IMG/VR virus record: IMGVR_UViG_3300043639_000041
Location: 1-50,114 of that record
Length of the DNA: 50,114 nt
Origin: a virus
Lineage: Duplodnaviria; Caudoviricetes
Reading direction: 5' to 3' (one strand)
This document shows positions 46,784 to 50,114 of this stretch, piece by piece. The position numbers were made by a program, and so were the translations under genes. The notes beneath the pieces are model-generated. The model saw only the letters and a program-made list of their open reading frames with translations. It did not search any database and was not told the DNA's origin. Position 1 is the stretch's first letter, and each line of letters begins with the position of its first letter.

Positions 46784-46940
46784 GAAAATGCGCGCCGGGC
46801 GCGGACCCCCCGGGGGGCGGACGCGCCCGGGCCGGAGCCGCTTGTCCTGGCGTGTCCCGCCCCGTCCCAGTTCCTCTTGAACTGGTGCGAGTGTATGTCC
46901 CGCAACGGTTTGCGCGTGTTCTTGTGCCGATAAGTGCGCA

Positions 46941-47246
46941 CTAGCCCGGGCCGGGCGAGCACCGAGCCCGCAACCTTGCCAGTTCCGCCACCAGCCCCGC
47001 CCGGGTTAACTCGTCAACCGGGATCGCCGCGTCACGGTCCGGGCGGGACTGATGACGGCCTATTAAACCGTCCATTTCCGCCAATGTTCGAGCCGCCGCC
47101 GCCCTTGCCTGACCCGTCGCGCCCCGATCTGTCAAAAGTTCAGTCAGGGCCGCCCGCGCGGCCAAACCCTGTCCATTTCCGGGGACAACAACCGAACCTG
47201 TCCCGCCCCCTGTCCCGCGTTTCGGGGCTGTCCTGGGCCGCGTCAT
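46941..47246 (-). CDS. Terminase small subunit-like helical protein
   Basis: ARAAAARTLAEMDG...VDELTRAGL pattern; ATGA coupled to upstream gene. Confidence 0.5.
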   Translation of the reverse strand: MTRPRTAPKRGTGGGTGSVVVPGNGQGLAARAALTELLTDRGATGQARAAAARTLAEMDGLIGRHQSRPDRDAAIPVDELTRAGLVAELARLRARCSPGPG

Positions 47247-47665
47247 GCCCACCACCGGGGCGCCGCCCGAGTAGGACACGCCGCCGCTTCCCGGGCTTCC
47301 CGCCACAACCGAGCCCACGCGAGCGGCGCCGTTTCCTGGTGATCCCACGCGAGCACCAGGGCCAGCCGTATCGGCGCCCGCGCCTCCGTCCTGACCCAGC
47401 CCAGCGCTTGCCACAGTGGCAGGGCCAGAAGCCCCACGGGTATCAGCCCGCGCCGCTGCATCGCCGACAGGGCGTGCGACGCGACCCGCCCCGGACTGGG
47501 CTGGAGGACGTTGGCCCCCCGCGTATGCCAAACGCAATCAGGACGCCCCCGCATCGCGACCCGCCGACAGAGTCGGCAAAGCCGATGCCTGGGATCTCCG
47601 AACCGAACCGCCAGACTGAGCCCCCAGCGCTGTCCTGTCCCGTGTCCCGCGTGTCCCGGTTCCAT
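47243..47665 (-). CDS. Cys/His zinc-binding protein (HGGxSTG-like), possible TerS partner
   Basis: CRLCRRVAMRGRPDCVWH; GGAGG SD before ATG. Confidence 0.55.
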   Translation of the reverse strand: MEPGHAGHGTGQRWGLSLAVRFGDPRHRLCRLCRRVAMRGRPDCVWHTRGANVLQPSPGRVASHALSAMQRRGLIPVGLLALPLWQALGWVRTEARAPIRLALVLAWDHQETAPLAWARLWREAREAAACPTRAAPRWWA

Positions 47666-47781
47666 GTCCCGCCTCCATGTCCCATGTCCCGCCCGATGCT
47701 AGGCGGGACGCCGCTCCGATGTCACGCCGGGCCGTTGCCCTGGACGGCGCGTAAACCCCCAGCACGCATAGCGTTTTGTGC

Positions 47782-47810
47782 TTGCTTGTCGTGTCGTGTT
47801 TCGTCAGTTT
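47782..47810 (+). promoter_or_regulatory. Putative promoter of AAA/VWA operon
   Basis: TTGCTT-N17-CAGTTT with TGTCGTGT x2 in the spacer. Confidence 0.4.
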
Positions 47811-47878
47811 GCTGGGACGTGCCTTGCCTTGCCTAAAGCCTCACCCCAGCGAAACACCCCACGACAGGAAGCAAACAC

Positions 47879-49426
47879 ATGGCTACTCCAACCCCCGGCG
47901 CCCAACGGCGCCAGAACCTGCGGGACGCGTTGCGCCGCGCCTTCACGACCCCAGGCATGGCCCTCGTCAAGGTTACCGCCGCCCAGGCCATCATCGGTTC
48001 CGACCCGATCAACAACCTAAGCATCGCCCGCCTGGAGGACGCGTTGCGCGCCTTCGGCATCGACCCCGCCACGCTGACCGGAGCACCCGCCACCATGCCC
48101 AGCACGAGCCCGCCCGACGACGACCAGGACGATGGTCTGATCCCGCCCCCCGACGACCGGACACACGACCCCGCCGATAGCGCCGTTGACGATGCCAGCG
48201 ACGACGCCGCTCGCGCCGCCGCCGAGTCGGCGGCGATTGAAGCCCAGCTTGGCGCGTTGCGGGCTGAGATAACCCAGGGCGGTTTCGCCGCCTTCGATGA
48301 CAAGCTACGCGAGCTGGTCATCGCCGCTCGCAAGCCGCCGGTCATCGTGCATGTCCCGGTTGAGGTTCCCGCCGTGACTGACATTGATCGGACGACGACC
48401 CAGGCGGCGCCCACGGCGCGGACCGTGACATGGAAACAGGCGTTCAGCGTCAAGGGCGCCCTGGGAGCCGAAACCTGCACGGTATGGGACGGCGCCCACC
48501 CCGACACGCCCAGCTTTCACCCCGGCTATGTCTGGCCGGATCAAACCGTGGTCGCGCTCACCCAAATGAAGCGCAAGCGTAACGTATATCTGTTTGGTCC
48601 CGCTGGCGCCGGTAAAACCGAGTTCGCTCAGCAAATCGCCGCGCGCCTGGGGCGTCCCTTTGTTTTGATCTCGTGTGACGCCAGTACGGACGCCGCCACG
48701 CTGGTGGGCATGACCGTTCCGGATAAAGCCGGGGGTGTGACGTTCCAACCGGGTCAGCTTGTCAGGGCCATTCAAACCCCGGGCGCCGTCATTTGCATTG
48801 ACGAGCCCAGCATTGCCCGCCCTGGGGCTTTGTTTGTGTTTCAGAATGTTTTGACGCCGAACCGGGCGCTGTTCATTCAGGAGACAGGGCAACGGATCAA
48901 GGTGGCGTCGGGCGTTTCTTTCATCGCGACCGATAACACCAATGGCACGGGCGGCGGCGCGCGTAAGGGCTTCCATGGGACACAACCGTTGAACGCCGCC
49001 ACGCTGGATCGTTTTGGCGTGCGTATTCGCCTGACGTGGCTGGACGCGCCGGTTGAGGCGAAACTCATCGCCAACGCGGTATCGGGCTGCACCATCGAAC
49101 TGGCCACGCTCCTGGTCCAGGCCGCGACGACCACGCGACAGGCGGCGGGTAACCAGGTGTTGACCGAGGGCATTGGCCTTCGGCGCCTGTTCTCCTGGGC
49201 TGAGTTGCTGGTTGATGGGATCGACCCGGAAACCGCCTTCCAGTCGGCGATTGAAAATTGCGTCCCTGAAACGGAACGCGAGGCGTTGCGTCAACAATGC
49301 GTGCTGAGTATCGACCGCGACCAGGTGCGCAGGGCTCTTAACCCCCAGGCGGCGCCCGACCTGCCGCCGCCTTCCATGTCCCGCGCCGCCGCTGACTTCG
49401 ACGCCGTATCCTTCAAGGGGTTTTGA
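47879..49426 (+). CDS. MoxR/CobS-like AAA+ ATPase
   Basis: GPAGAGKT, ICIDE, IATDNTNG, LNAATLDRF, GLRRL. Confidence 0.92.
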   Translation: MATPTPGAQRRQNLRDALRRAFTTPGMALVKVTAAQAIIGSDPINNLSIARLEDALRAFGIDPATLTGAPATMPSTSPPDDDQDDGLIPPPDDRTHDPADSAVDDASDDAARAAAESAAIEAQLGALRAEITQGGFAAFDDKLRELVIAARKPPVIVHVPVEVPAVTDIDRTTTQAAPTARTVTWKQAFSVKGALGAETCTVWDGAHPDTPSFHPGYVWPDQTVVALTQMKRKRNVYLFGPAGAGKTEFAQQIAARLGRPFVLISCDASTDAATLVGMTVPDKAGGVTFQPGQLVRAIQTPGAVICIDEPSIARPGALFVFQNVLTPNRALFIQETGQRIKVASGVSFIATDNTNGTGGGARKGFHGTQPLNAATLDRFGVRIRLTWLDAPVEAKLIANAVSGCTIELATLLVQAATTTRQAAGNQVLTEGIGLRRLFSWAELLVDGIDPETAFQSAIENCVPETEREALRQQCVLSIDRDQVRRALNPQAAPDLPPPSMSRAAADFDAVSFKGF

Positions 49427-49428
49427 CC

Positions 49429-50114
49429 ATGTCCGCGACCATTTACCTGGAAGTAACCCGCGCCGCCGAAGAAACCGTGACCAAGCTACTGGCCCAACGG
49501 GGCGCCCGCCCCGGTAGGCCCTATGAGGTTCGTATCACGGGCAAGGGCGGTAGCACGGCCAGCGTTGACCTGACCGGCAACGTGGTGACGGTGAACATGC
49601 CCACCATGCCAGCCCACGCCCCCCTGGGGCGTGGCGAGGCGGATCGTCTGGTTGGGTTTATCGCGCATGAGGTTTTGCATGTGCTGCATACCGATTTCAG
49701 CGCGTGGCAAACCGCCGTGCGGTGCGGGTCGCGTGTCCAGAACTGGACCAATGCCCTGGAAGACGTGAGGATTGAGCACAAGGAGATCAGGGCGGGACAC
49801 TTTCCCGCCCTGCGCTCGCTTCTGGCGTCCCTCATGGACCACCAGCATTACAAGGCACTGGTCAAATCCAAGGACGTCCGGGTTATCGGCTCCGACCTGC
49901 GGGACGCGTCCTATTGCGCCGCCGTCCTGGGTCGCGTGGCCAACAAATACGATGTTCCAACGGCGCGGACATTGCGGGCCGGTATGAGCCCTGACGTGAC
50001 CGCGCTGGTTGAGAAAGCCCTGGGGCGGATCAGGGCTTGCCGCACAACCTGGGACGTTGTCGCACTGGCGCGGGAACTGGCCAATGATCAGGCGGCGATG
50101 GTGCCGCCGCCCCC
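49429..50114 (+). CDS. N-terminal part of CobT-like metallopeptidase/VWA protein (continues at window start)
   Basis: Translated by hand: MSATIYLE...GFIAHEVLHVLHTDF...NALEDVRIE; absent from ORF track because it runs off the end. Confidence 0.85.
   Translation, partial: MSATIYLEVTRAAEETVTKLLAQRGARPGRPYEVRITGKGGSTASVDLTGNVVTVNMPTMPAHAPLGRGEADRLVGFIAHEVLHVLHTDFSAWQTAVRCGSRVQNWTNALEDVRIEHKEIRAGHFPALRSLLASLMDHQHYKALVKSKDVRVIGSDLRDASYCAAVLGRVANKYDVPTARTLRAGMSPDVTALVEKALGRIRACRTTWDVVALARELANDQAAMVPPP

Noticed and set aside
49988-50114. 127-bp terminal repeat as biological DTR
   Set aside because: Length equals a common assembler k-mer and it falls mid-gene next to a poly-Pro repeat; best explained as circular overlap
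47879-50114. Cobalamin biosynthesis auxiliary genes (cobS/cobT)
   Set aside because: No CobN or other cob genes; generic MoxR-VWA pair is the supportable call

Overview
The window is an apparently complete, circularly assembled, GC-rich temperate podovirus-type phage genome of about 49,987 bp; bases 49988-50114 duplicate 1-127, consistent with an assembler overlap. An alphaproteobacterial host is inferred, not shown. Modules: (i) MoxR/CobS-like AAA ATPase plus a HExxH-metallopeptidase/VWA partner that wraps across the window ends; (ii) a repeat-rich non-coding region (candidate origin) next to a RepB-type primase/SF3 helicase; (iii) leftward repressor-excisionase-integrase operon; (iv) rightward Cro-like, RuvC, SNF2 helicase, Cas4-like exonuclease, SSB and family-A polymerase operon; (v) leftward morphogenesis arm with TerS-like genes, tailspike, holin-like genes, Ig-like proteins, TerL, portal, scaffold, capsid, tail adaptor/nozzle, internal proteins, SLT and a 2567-aa polyvalent protein. 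The most striking feature is a 267-aa intein in TerL with no in-frame nuclease: a complete zinc-finger + endonuclease VII gene with its own SD/GTG start is instead overprinted in the -1 frame wholly inside the intein, whose own frame stays open. Also notable are a four-hairpin candidate ncRNA between portal and scaffold, and two recurrent DNA motifs (TGTCC arrays; TGTNGTGT at promoters). All product calls come from motif recognition by eye; no database searches were run.
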